64,000 nucleotides of DNA from an uncultured Methylomirabilota bacterium (GTDB lineage: Bacteria; Methylomirabilota; Methylomirabilia; Methylomirabilales; 2-02-FULL-66-22). The DNA is taken from the NCBI GenBank assembly GCA_963705305.1, contig OY970067.1, positions 416,001 to 480,000 of the forward strand, given 5' to 3'. The position numbers and the translations under genes are program-made. The stretch's first letter is position 1; every line of letters starts with the position of its first letter. This document shows positions 39,166-48,344 of this stretch, piece by piece. The notes beneath the pieces were generated by a model. That model did no database searches, was not told where the DNA came from, and worked only from the letters and a program-made list of their open reading frames with translations.

Positions 39166-40005
39166 TTACCGTGACCAGCCAGCCCACCGCCCGCCCTCGA
39201 CCGCGGCGAGGAACTCGGCGACGTGGAGGTTGAAGAGCCCCGGCTCTTCGAGGTTCGGCGTGTGGCCGCAGGCCGGCAACAGGACCAGCCCGGCGTGCGG
39301 CATCCAGCCGCGCATCACAAGCGAGGGCTCCACACACGGGGCGTCGCGGTCGCCCGCCATGATCAGGGTCGGGACGCGCAGGGACTTGAGCTCGGTCTCC
39401 AGGTCGAAGACGGTCTTGCGCTTGGCGATCACCTCGCGCGCCAGGTGGGCGCAGGCGGGGGCGTCGTGCTCCCCCACCTGGCGCAGGAACTCGGCAAACC
39501 CCCGGGGGTCCTTCGCCTTGAAGGGCGCCCGGGTCGGCAGGTGCTCGAAGCTCTTGACCAGGGCCGCGATGCCCTCACGCTCGAGCCCGGCCGCGGTCGC
39601 CTCCTGGCTCTCCAGGAACTGCCCCCGGTTGACGGAGCCGGCGCCGGCGCCGACGAGGACCAGGCTCCGCACCATCCCCCCGTGCGCAAGGGCGAAGTCC
39701 CGGGCGACGTTGGCCCCCATCGAGCACCCGCCGAGATGGACCGGACCCAGGTCGAGGTGCCCCAGCAGCTGATGGAGATCTTCGACCAGAAGATCTTGGG
39801 AGTAGGCGCGGGCAGCGCGCGAAACCGTGGACGGGGGGTAGCCGCGGTGGTTGTACGTGACCACGCGATACCGGCGGGAGAAGTATCGGACCTGCGGCTC
39901 CCACGAGCGGTAATCGCCGCCGTATTCGTGGAGCCAAACCAGCGGCGTCCCCTGGCCGGTCTCCTCCCAATAGAGATCCACCCCGTTCACGCGTGCCAGC
40001 GGCAT
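39166..40005 (-). CDS. Alpha/beta hydrolase
   Basis: LHEYGGD, GCSMG nucleophile elbow, GDRD and GHTPNLEEP. Confidence 0.9.
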   Translation of the reverse strand: MPLARVNGVDLYWEETGQGTPLVWLHEYGGDYRSWEPQVRYFSRRYRVVTYNHRGYPPSTVSRAARAYSQDLLVEDLHQLLGHLDLGPVHLGGCSMGANVARDFALAHGGMVRSLVLVGAGAGSVNRGQFLESQEATAAGLEREGIAALVKSFEHLPTRAPFKAKDPRGFAEFLRQVGEHDAPACAHLAREVIAKRKTVFDLETELKSLRVPTLIMAGDRDAPCVEPSLVMRGWMPHAGLVLLPACGHTPNLEEPGLFNLHVAEFLAAVEGGRWAGWSR

Positions 40006-40142
40006 GGCCAACCCTCCCGCGAATGTCTGCCCCGGCGCAACCCCGGCCGCTCTCGCCAGGGTGCGCCCCGTGCCCAATGACCCCCAACGGCGCTCATCGC
40101 GCCCGCCGACGAGTATCGCCCGCATCCGCCCCGCGCCGCCGC

Positions 40143-40826
40143 TCAGCCGGGCCCGATCTCTTCCCACAGCCGCGCGTTGAACGGTGCCTGGCGCGACGGG
40201 CAATCGTCCCTGTGGCACACCTCGCAACTCCGAAAATCCCTCTCCGTCGGGAACAGCATGCCCGACGTTGTCTTGTTCGGGATCATCAGGCATGACTCCG
40301 TCAGTCGGACGCCGATCGCCGCCCGGACGTCCCCGAGCAGGGAAAACAGCTCGCGCTGCTGTTCGATGGGCCACACCGATACATCGCCGGACCCCGGCCG
40401 CATCGTCGCCGTCTTGCCGAGGCGAAACCGGCGATGCAGATGATCGGTGAGGTGCTGGTTGGCCGCGCCAAGCAGGCGGGTCTTGAGCAGGTCCCACCAG
40501 AACTCCTTCAGGACATCCCCCCTCGCCGAAAACGCTTCGTCCATTTCGTGGCCGCAGGTTACAACCAGAGGGAACACGCGCTCCGTCGACTCCAAATTCA
40601 CGCGCAGTGTGCGGCTCGTAAACGAGACGCCTCCGACTCGTACCCTGTCGCCGTCTCTGAGCTCCACAAACGACACGGCATAGGCGGCTTTTGGCTTGCC
40701 GACGTGCACGGCCAAATCGACCAGGGCTCGCAGCTCCGCCGCATCGTCCGACCCCGGCTTCACGTGCGCCTGCGTCATCACCGAGTCCGCATCCAGGGAA
40801 AACGGGATCTCAGTCAGGACTTCCAT
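40143..40826 (-). CDS. Stand-alone B12 methionine synthase activation-domain-like protein
   Basis: VVTCG, PGS..W.IEQQ..LF.LL, IGVRLTESCLMIPNKTTSG and C..C.R..CP.R. Confidence 0.8.
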   Translation of the reverse strand: MEVLTEIPFSLDADSVMTQAHVKPGSDDAAELRALVDLAVHVGKPKAAYAVSFVELRDGDRVRVGGVSFTSRTLRVNLESTERVFPLVVTCGHEMDEAFSARGDVLKEFWWDLLKTRLLGAANQHLTDHLHRRFRLGKTATMRPGSGDVSVWPIEQQRELFSLLGDVRAAIGVRLTESCLMIPNKTTSGMLFPTERDFRSCEVCHRDDCPSRQAPFNARLWEEIGPG

Positions 40827-40942
40827 CCAACCTCCTGCTGCAGAACATGAAAGGTCGCTCGCGGTCGCCTTCAGGTGCCGTGCCCGGTCCGGCGCGTCCG
40901 CGCACGGCGTGCCTTCCAGAGCAGTCCAGCCCCGCCGGTGAT

Positions 40943-41410
40943 CTACCCCCCGTCGGCTGCCATTCCCAGCAGCTGGAGCGTCCTGCCGTCCCGTCCACCC
41001 CCATAGTACTTCCGGAGCAGGCGGTCGAACACCGAATCCCGGGGCGCCACGCAGGCAAACAAGGTCGCGCACGACCGCAGCTTCAAATCGTCGGGAGACC
41101 CGAAGATATCCGTCGCGGATCGGCCCTCGACGCGGACGACCGCCTCTGCGCATTCCAGGAGCCGCGGCCCCAGAATTGGATGATCCAGGTACGCCTTGGC
41201 CTCCGCGACGCTCTTGATCGCGTAGTACTTTGCCGTCGCGCTGAAGGCCAGGCCGTCGATTTGCGGGAAGATGTACCACATCCAATGCGTGCGCTTCCTG
41301 CCGCTGTTGATCTCCGAGAGCGCCTGCGCGTAGTCATGCTCTTGCGCATGCACGAATCGGGCCAGATCGTATGGGTCATTCATCCTGCCAGGGTCATGTG
41401 CGGAGGTCAT
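40943..41410 (-). CDS. DUF1810 family protein
   Basis: DLARFV.AQ, GRKRTHWMWYIFPQ, YLDHPILG.RL and DDLKLRSCATLF. Confidence 0.9.
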   Translation of the reverse strand: MTSAHDPGRMNDPYDLARFVHAQEHDYAQALSEINSGRKRTHWMWYIFPQIDGLAFSATAKYYAIKSVAEAKAYLDHPILGPRLLECAEAVVRVEGRSATDIFGSPDDLKLRSCATLFACVAPRDSVFDRLLRKYYGGGRDGRTLQLLGMAADGG

Positions 41411-41567
41411 GCGCATTTCCTCGCATCGCATGGGGGCATAGCTGCCAACAGACGCACCCGTCGATGCTGCTGCGGTTCGGGCCTCATGCCCGGCCCGCTG
41501 CCGGCTGCCCCTCGCCAGCCTCATCGCCCTGATCGGCGTCCCTGCCTTCCGACCGGCCTGCCCTCGA

Positions 41568-41954
41568 TCAGGCAAGGATCGCCCCGCGCTCCCCCAACAA
41601 CTCCTTCAGCACCGAGCGGTGGCAGTGCGCTTCTTCCGCGCAGTAACAACCCACCGAGAAATTGGTCTGGTGCGAGAGGGCCGCCAGAAGTGCGAGGAGG
41701 TGTGCGGCCTCGGGTCGCTTCATCTCAGCACGGTATCGCCTGACAAATGCCCGCCACGCCCGCTCATCTGGCGCATGTAGTGCCTCCTTGACCAGGCCCT
41801 CCGAGGGCGCCAGATCCGGAAGCCACACGTCGTAAAAATCGCAGGAGGCATGCGCGGCCTTGGGCACACCGCGCGGCGGCCGGCGTACGGTCCCCAGGCG
41901 CAGCCCCTCGCCGGGCACTCTCGGGCTTCCCAACCGTACGACTCGGATCGCCAT
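41568..41954 (-). CDS. DUF488 (YeaO-like) family protein
   Basis: RRPPRGV.K, W...LAPS, F..RY..EM and CYC....CHR. Confidence 0.88.
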   Translation of the reverse strand: MAIRVVRLGSPRVPGEGLRLGTVRRPPRGVPKAAHASCDFYDVWLPDLAPSEGLVKEALHAPDERAWRAFVRRYRAEMKRPEAAHLLALLAALSHQTNFSVGCYCAEEAHCHRSVLKELLGERGAILA

Positions 41955-42017
41955 TCGACTCGCCTCCTTCGCTCCGCCACGCTCTTCGTCGGCTGGACGC
42001 GCCGGCATCTGCAACCT

Positions 42018-42959
42018 CTAGGCAGGCGCCGGGCTGTCGGCATAGAGATCGGTGCTCAGGTACCGCAGCCCGGAGTCAACAATGATCGTCGCCACCGTCG
42101 CCGTCGGCCCCAGCTCTGCCGCCACTCGCAGCGCCGCTGCCACATTTGCCCCTGACGACGCGCCCGCAAAGATCCCTTCCTCGCGCGCCAGGCGACGCGC
42201 CATCGCCTTGGCCTCCGCCGTCGTGACCGCATAGACATCGTTCACCAGCTCCGGCCGCCAGAGCGGGGGCACAAATCCAATGCCGATCCCCTCGATCGTG
42301 TGCGATCCGGACTGGCCGCCGGACAAGACCGGTGACTCGGCCGGCTCGACGCCCACGATTCGAATCTCGCGGTTGTGCCGCCACAGCGCTTCCGTCACCC
42401 CGTGAATGGAGTGCGCCGCGCCGACCGCGTGTACGAACGCCGTCAGCCGTCCCGCCGTTTGCTGCCACAACTCTTCGCCCAGGGGCACGTAGCCTGCAAC
42501 TGCGTCGTGGTTGTTCAGTTGATCGCAGTACCAGTGGCCCGGACGCTCGCTGATGACCGCCGCCGTTCGAATCATCTCCTTGACGAGCGGTTCGGTAATC
42601 CCCTGCCCGTCACTCGGCACATCGGTCACGCGCGCGCCAAACGCCTGCATGGTCCGGCGCTTTTCGCCGCTGAAGGCATCGGAAAAGACAATTTCCAGGC
42701 CGTACCCTCTCGCCGCGCATACGAATGCAAGCGAGATGCCGGTCGTCCCCGAGGTGTACTCCACGACGGTGCCGTCTGGCCGCAACCGGCCGCTACGCTC
42801 CGCGCGCACGATCGCCGCGTGCGCCATCCGATCCTTCATGCTGCCCGTTGGGTTCGCCCATTCCAGCTTGGCGACCAGCCGGGCCGAGCCGGCGGGCACC
42901 ACCTTGTGGAGCTCCACGAGGGGGGTCTGCCCGATCCCGCCAAGGACGTCACTGGTCAT
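42018..42959 (-). CDS. PLP-dependent cysteine synthase family protein
   Basis: IGQTPLV, NPTGSMKDR, EGIG and G.SSGAN. Confidence 0.9.
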   Translation of the reverse strand: MTSDVLGGIGQTPLVELHKVVPAGSARLVAKLEWANPTGSMKDRMAHAAIVRAERSGRLRPDGTVVEYTSGTTGISLAFVCAARGYGLEIVFSDAFSGEKRRTMQAFGARVTDVPSDGQGITEPLVKEMIRTAAVISERPGHWYCDQLNNHDAVAGYVPLGEELWQQTAGRLTAFVHAVGAAHSIHGVTEALWRHNREIRIVGVEPAESPVLSGGQSGSHTIEGIGIGFVPPLWRPELVNDVYAVTTAEAKAMARRLAREEGIFAGASSGANVAAALRVAAELGPTATVATIIVDSGLRYLSTDLYADSPAPA

Positions 42960-43223
42960 AGGCCATATCCCGCCCTCTCTCCCCGCAGCCTACGATCGCT
43001 GCACGGCTCCTTGCCACCGGCGCATCTCTTGCGCTGCCTTCGCACATCACCCAAGGCGTCGCCGTACAGCGGCCAGTGCACGTACTGGGGGCACCCTTGC
43101 GAAGGCTACTTCCGCCCTCATGGGCCTGTCAAGAGGCATGGGGACGGAGGTGAGTTGATCTGCGTATTTGCTTCGTCCTGCCACGAAGACGAAGGCTGCA
43201 GCCCGCGCAGCACCCGTGACAAG

Positions 43224-43370
43224 TTAGGACAACTGGGCCACAACGTTCCCTTTCCCGGACTGCGATCCGTTCTCCCGGTCGGTGTCATCGCCGAAAATGG
43301 CGGTGCGCTCGATCCCCCGCACCACGACGTGGCGGAGGGAGCTCGGGGCATCGAGCCGGGCCTGGCATGG
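43224..43370 (-). pseudogene. N-terminal remnant of REP-associated tyrosine (Y1/HUH) transposase
   Basis: QARLDAPSSLRHVVVRGIERTAIFGDDTDR resembles the RAYT start; truncated. Confidence 0.75.
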
Positions 43371-43573
43371 GCGGAGCGTACCGCTCGGGGAAACACCCGT
43401 CAAGTTCACGCAGAGCCAACACCCTCTATGATTGCCGCTTGAGAGGGGTATTGCGGGATCGAGGCGAGGATTGCAGGTTCATGCCGTTGGGGGACCGCAG
43501 CCACGCCGCAGTGAATCACCAGTCTGGACCGGCAAAGAACACACGGCGGGGAATGCCCACGCCGGCCGGCACC

Positions 43574-46500
43574 TCATGCGGGAGGCGCTCCCATGGGCAG
43601 CACCACCGTGAACGTGCTCCCCTGGCCCTCGCCCGGGGAGGCGGCCCAGATCCGGCCGCCGTGGAGCTCGACCAGGCGCCGGGTGAGGGCGAGGCCGAGG
43701 CCGGTGCCCTCCTGGGCCTGGGCGCGGGTGGTCTCGAGCTGGGTGAACTCCTGGAAGAGCTTCGGGAGGTCCTCCGCCCGGATCCCCACGCCGGTGTCCC
43801 GCACCGCGACCTCCAACCAGTCGCGGGCGGCGTCAATTGGCCTCGACGAATCGACCTCTTGCCCATTTGACCACTCGACTCGGCGGGCGGTCAGAGTGAT
43901 CTGCCCGCCCGCTGGGGTGAACTTCACCGCGTTGCTCAGCAGGTTGAACAGGACCTGCTTGAACCGGACCGGATCAGCCACGAGGGGGGAAAGATCCGGA
44001 GCGATCGTGGCTGTGAGGACCTGCCGCTTTTTGGCGGCCAAGCCCCGCGCGATGACCAGAATTTCCTCAAGGGTGTTCGCTACGGACAGGGATTCGGGTT
44101 GGAAAGTGAATCTCCCGGCTTCTACTTTGCTCAAGTCGAGGAGATCGCCGACGAGCTGGATGAGGTGTTTCCCGCTGCTGTACACATGGCCCGTGTACCG
44201 GGCCTGCCTCTCGGTCAAAGGGCCCCCGCCTTGGTCCAGGAGGAGCTCCGAGAACCCGATGATCGCGTTCAGCGGCGTCCGCAGCTCATGAGACATGTTG
44301 GCGAGGAACTCCGATTTCCGGCGTGAGGCGTCCTGGAGCTGCTGGTTGGCGGCTTCCAAGGCGTGGGTCCGGTCCTGGACGCGCTCTTCCAGCTCGGCGG
44401 CGCGCCGCTGGACCTCTGCGTACAGGTGCGCGTTCTCGATGGCGACGGCCGCCTGATCGGCGAAGGCGGTCAGGTAGGCCAACTCCTCCGGCCGGTACTC
44501 GCGGGGCTCCACCGTATTGAAGGCAAGGACCCCCAGCACCTCCCCCCGGGCCTTGATCGGGAGGCCGAGGTAGGTGCGCATGCCCGGTTGTCGATCCTGG
44601 GCGGCCAAGACGCCCCCCTGGCCGCTGCCGGTATCGGGGACGTACAGGATTTCTCCCGTTTTCGCGACGTGCCCCGAGAGTCCCGTCCCGATCGGCATCG
44701 GGAAGCCGTCGGCCAGCGTCATTCCCCGGAGCACCCCAATCCGCAGGAGTTGGGACTCCTTGTCCACAAGGAGGAGTTTGACGTTCTCGCAATGGCTGAC
44801 CCGGGCAGCCTCGAGCACTATCTTCTCCAGAACCGGCTCGAGAGCGAGGCCCGACATGACCGAGCGTGTCGCCTGCAAGACCGCCTCGAGCTGCCGGGTC
44901 CGCAGCTGCAGCGACTCTTCCGCCTGCCTGCGGTCGGTGACGTCCCGGCCGTAGAGGTTTACGTACCGCGCCTCCGGGAAGGGCGCCAGGTCGATCGAGA
45001 AGATCCGCCCCTCGCACGCCAGGTCAGTGGCCCCGTCTGCACCCGTTTCCAGGGCGCGCCGGATTCTCGCCCCCCACTCCGCCGGGACCGGCCTGCCGGG
45101 GGCGGTCCCCCAGAGCCGGAGGAGGGGGCCGCTGGGCTCGTTGGCGTACAGCAGGGCCCCGTCTTCCCGGATCCGCAGGACGGGATTGGGGTCCTCGCCG
45201 GGGAACCGCGCCAGGCTCTCGATGTCGGCCAGGGCCCGCCCGTGGGCCGCCTTCGTGCGGAGGGCCTGGATGCCGTAGGCCAGGTCGTCGGCCAACTCGA
45301 CGAGGAGCTGGACCTCCGCAGCGTCGAAGGCGTCGGGCTCGGTCGCGTAGACGGTGAGCGCCCCCCACCGGGCTCCTTCGACACCGATCGGGAGCGCGAT
45401 TACGGAGCCGTACCCGCGTCGCGTGGCCTCGGCGCGCCAGGGGGTCAGGCGGGGATCGGTGAGAATCTCCCGGGCCACCGACGGGGCGCCGGTCCGGATG
45501 GCCGTGCCGGTCGGTCCCCGACCAAGGTCGGTGTCTGCCCAGGAGATGGTCACGGCCTCCAGATAGCCCTCTACATCGCCGCGGTGCGCGACCGGGCGGA
45601 CGCGCTTCCCCTCGTCCGGCTCCGCCACGCCGACCCAGGCCATTCGGTATCCGCCGGTCTCCACCAGGATGCGGCAAACCGCCTCCAGCAACGCCGCTTC
45701 CGTGGTGTCCTGGACTAGGTGCTGGTTGCACTCGCTGAGGACGCGAAGCGCCCGGTTCGCCCGGCGGAGCCGAGTCTCCGATCGCTCGTGCGCGGTGATC
45801 CGGTCCTCCAGGGCCGCGGCCATCTCGTCAAAGGCGCGGGCCAACTGGTACAGCTCCCCCGGCCCCGCCGGCAGCCCGCTCCGGGCGCGGAGGTCCCCCG
45901 CGGCCAGGCGCCGGGCGGCGGCGAGGAGCGCCTGGATCTGGCGCAGGAGGAAGAGGTCGCCCCCCGTCCAGGCCACGGCGAGCGCCAGGACGGCGACGAC
46001 CCCCAGCCAGATGAGGCTGCGGCGGAGGAGCCGGTTGGCCGCCGCCACCACCAGCGCCTGGGGGACGCCGATACTCACGAAGACCCCCCTGGGCGCGGCC
46101 GGCGCGCCCAGGGGCGCGAAGGCCACGAGGCTCGGCGTGCCGTCCAGGTCGGTGGCGGCGCCGGCCCCCTCGCCGCGGGCCAGGAGCACTCCCTGCCGGT
46201 CCAGGATGGTGAGGGTGGTCCCCGGCGGCAGCTCCAGTCGCGCCACGAGCGCGTTGAGCCACGCGAGGTCCAGGGCCGCGAAGGCCACCCCCGCGACCGT
46301 CCCGGCCGGCGCGACCACGGGGAGGCCGAAGTTGAGGCCGGGCCGGCCGGTGATGCGGCCCACTTGGTACCTGCCCACGGCGAAGGTGCGGTCGGCCCGG
46401 GCCCGGCGGAAGTAGCCGCGATCGGCGAGGCTCACCGGGCCCGGCAGTGCGAGGGCGCTGCAGAAGACGTCGCCGTTGGCCCGGCTCACGCCGAGATTGG

Positions 46501-46879
46501 CGTACTGGGGGTACTGCGCGAGGAGGGTGTTGAACAGGGCGCTGCAGGCCTGGGCGTCCCCCTGCTGCACCGGGGGGAGCACGACGAGGGCGTGGAGCAG
46601 CTCCCGGGCCCCCTCGAGCAGGGGCCCGCCCTGGCTGGCCGCCAGGCGCGCCTGCCGCTGGAGATCCGCCTGGGCCCGGAGGGTGGCCTGGTCGCGCCCC
46701 TCCCACCCCGCGTAGAGGATCACGCCCGCGGCCGGCACCACGGCGAGGAGGACGAGAACGAGCAAGCGGATGCGCAGCCGCGAGAGCCAGTGGCGCCTCA
46801 CGCGTTTCTCCATGCGCTCATCGGGCCGGGCGGGCTCGGCGGCAGGCGCAGGAGAGACCCTGGTTTCTTCCGTCCTCAC
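43574..46879 (-). CDS. Multi-sensor histidine kinase (TM-dCache-TM-HAMP-GAF-PAS-GAF-HisKA-HATPase)
   Basis: SHELRTPL, NLLSNAVKF, DTGVGI and GTGLGL; AAGGAGG RBS. Confidence 0.93.
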   Translation of the reverse strand: MRTEETRVSPAPAAEPARPDERMEKRVRRHWLSRLRIRLLVLVLLAVVPAAGVILYAGWEGRDQATLRAQADLQRQARLAASQGGPLLEGARELLHALVVLPPVQQGDAQACSALFNTLLAQYPQYANLGVSRANGDVFCSALALPGPVSLADRGYFRRARADRTFAVGRYQVGRITGRPGLNFGLPVVAPAGTVAGVAFAALDLAWLNALVARLELPPGTTLTILDRQGVLLARGEGAGAATDLDGTPSLVAFAPLGAPAAPRGVFVSIGVPQALVVAAANRLLRRSLIWLGVVAVLALAVAWTGGDLFLLRQIQALLAAARRLAAGDLRARSGLPAGPGELYQLARAFDEMAAALEDRITAHERSETRLRRANRALRVLSECNQHLVQDTTEAALLEAVCRILVETGGYRMAWVGVAEPDEGKRVRPVAHRGDVEGYLEAVTISWADTDLGRGPTGTAIRTGAPSVAREILTDPRLTPWRAEATRRGYGSVIALPIGVEGARWGALTVYATEPDAFDAAEVQLLVELADDLAYGIQALRTKAAHGRALADIESLARFPGEDPNPVLRIREDGALLYANEPSGPLLRLWGTAPGRPVPAEWGARIRRALETGADGATDLACEGRIFSIDLAPFPEARYVNLYGRDVTDRRQAEESLQLRTRQLEAVLQATRSVMSGLALEPVLEKIVLEAARVSHCENVKLLLVDKESQLLRIGVLRGMTLADGFPMPIGTGLSGHVAKTGEILYVPDTGSGQGGVLAAQDRQPGMRTYLGLPIKARGEVLGVLAFNTVEPREYRPEELAYLTAFADQAAVAIENAHLYAEVQRRAAELEERVQDRTHALEAANQQLQDASRRKSEFLANMSHELRTPLNAIIGFSELLLDQGGGPLTERQARYTGHVYSSGKHLIQLVGDLLDLSKVEAGRFTFQPESLSVANTLEEILVIARGLAAKKRQVLTATIAPDLSPLVADPVRFKQVLFNLLSNAVKFTPAGGQITLTARRVEWSNGQEVDSSRPIDAARDWLEVAVRDTGVGIRAEDLPKLFQEFTQLETTRAQAQEGTGLGLALTRRLVELHGGRIWAASPGEGQGSTFTVVLPMGAPPA
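43843..43882. repeat. Five-unit degenerate 8-bp tandem repeat inside the kinase
   Basis: TCGACGAA TCGACCTC TTGCCCAT TTGACCAC TCGACTCG. Confidence 0.65.
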
Positions 46880-46936
46880 CCACCTCCTTCTCGCTGACGG
46901 CCGGGCACGATGGGGATCGCCGCACGCCTGGCCGGG

Positions 46937-47500
46937 CTAGGACTCCTTGAACACGATCTCCAGAACTGCCTGGATGTCCGCGAGCTTGATCGGCTTCCGC
47001 AAAAGCATAGCCGGCCCGTAGTCCAGGGCGGCCAGGGTCTTGTCGTGATCGGGGAAGCCGGTGATCAAGACGACGAGCGCGTTGGGGTCCCGTCGCTTCA
47101 CGGCCTTGAGGAGGAAGGCGCCGCTGATGCCAGGCAAGAGGATATCGAGGAAGATCAGGTCGAAGTGGTCCCGCCGGAGCACCCGGAGGGCTTGCCGGCC
47201 GTCGGCCGCTACAGCCACCTGGTATCCCTGCGCGGTGAGGGCCGCTTCGAACGCTTCGCGCACCACGGCCTCATCATCCACCACGAGGATGCGCCTTGGC
47301 AGAGCGGGAGGTTCGAGCGCCAGGGGGATGTGATATTCGGCGACGAGCCGGCGGAACTCCGCCCGGGTAACCCGGTAATGCCCCCCTGGGATTCGGTAGG
47401 CCTGGAGCTTCCCCGCGCGAATCCAACCGAAGACCGCGACCCGGGTGACGTGCAGAAGCCGGGCGATCTCGCCGGTGCTGAGCGGCTTCTCGTCGGGCAC
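46937..47500 (-). CDS. Response regulator with N-terminal excisionase-type HTH
   Basis: LSTGEIA..V..WIR.G.L..PGGHYRV, then VVDD, LDI.LP, ITG and KP. Confidence 0.9.
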   Translation of the reverse strand: MPDEKPLSTGEIARLLHVTRVAVFGWIRAGKLQAYRIPGGHYRVTRAEFRRLVAEYHIPLALEPPALPRRILVVDDEAVVREAFEAALTAQGYQVAVAADGRQALRVLRRDHFDLIFLDILLPGISGAFLLKAVKRRDPNALVVLITGFPDHDKTLAALDYGPAMLLRKPIKLADIQAVLEIVFKES

Positions 47501-47680
47501 GGAGATGACCTCCTTGCTCCTCTTAACGGATTTAACACTCTTACTTTCGCCCGAGCTTGTCAATCAGAAAGAGCTGGAAGCGCTGCTCGTCTGCGAGTAA
47601 GCTCCAGCCTGCCCGAGCCACCTGTCTGCGGCCCAACCGAATTACCCGCCAAACGAAGGTCTCCACTCACCGGAGGACAC

Positions 47681-47956
47681 ATGGCCATCGACCTCGGAAC
47701 CACCTTGCGAAAGGCGCTGGCGGAACTCCAGGCGAAACAGAGCAAGCTCTCCCGACAGATGGCGATGATTCAGCGGCTCTTGGCCGCCCAGGGGCCGGGA
47801 CGTCCACAGAGGCGAAGACGCTCGGCAGCGCGGATGAAGCCCGCCCGCAAGCCGATGAGCGCGGCAGCCAAGAAGGCCGTGAGTCAACGGATGAAGGCGT
47901 ACTGGGCGCAGCGGAGAGCCGAGGCGGCGAAAGGGAAGGCGTCGACCGGGAAGTAG
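47681..47956 (+). CDS. Small basic coiled-coil protein
   Basis: GGAGG RBS; K/R-rich, MSAAAKKAVSQRMKAYWA.RR. Confidence 0.8.
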   Translation: MAIDLGTTLRKALAELQAKQSKLSRQMAMIQRLLAAQGPGRPQRRRRSAARMKPARKPMSAAAKKAVSQRMKAYWAQRRAEAAKGKASTGK

Positions 47957-47977
47957 GGAGGAGGCGGATCTGGACTC

Positions 47978-48332
47978 TTCTGTAGGAGCGCGGTCTCCGG
48001 AAGGAACAGGCTCTCAATGGGAATCACTCGACGGAGAGCGCGATTCCCCTGCTCCTCGACGACGAGACTTGCAGGGTCCCCTATTGCCTAGGTGTGGCCG
48101 GTCTTCCATACGGTCTATTATGGAGCGATCGGTCTCACACCAGCCGGTGCGCTGGCAGACGTGTGATCGGAATAGGCGGAGGCAGGGGGAATGTTTTTGC
48201 TCGATTGGAGTACCGGCGGGACAGACCCACACTGGAGACATGGGTTGACCCACGTTTGAGGTGATAGAGAACCGGTCTCCTCATAGAACAGTGGGTCGTC
48301 TCTCCCGCCGACCGGATTTGGAAGATCACACG
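47978..48332. other. Highly structured non-coding element (ncRNA or MITE)
   Basis: Consecutive hairpins plus imperfect inverted repeats at 47978-47998 and 48267-48288. Confidence 0.45.
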
Positions 48333-48344
48333 AACCGCAGCCGT

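Noticed and set aside
46160..46200. Possible internal deletion in the kinase dCache domain (VLLAR-GEG)
   Set aside because: Based only on recalled homologue length; needs an alignment.
48148..48170. GTGCG after a hairpin as a group IIC intron 5' end
   Set aside because: No domain V/VI or RT sequence seen.
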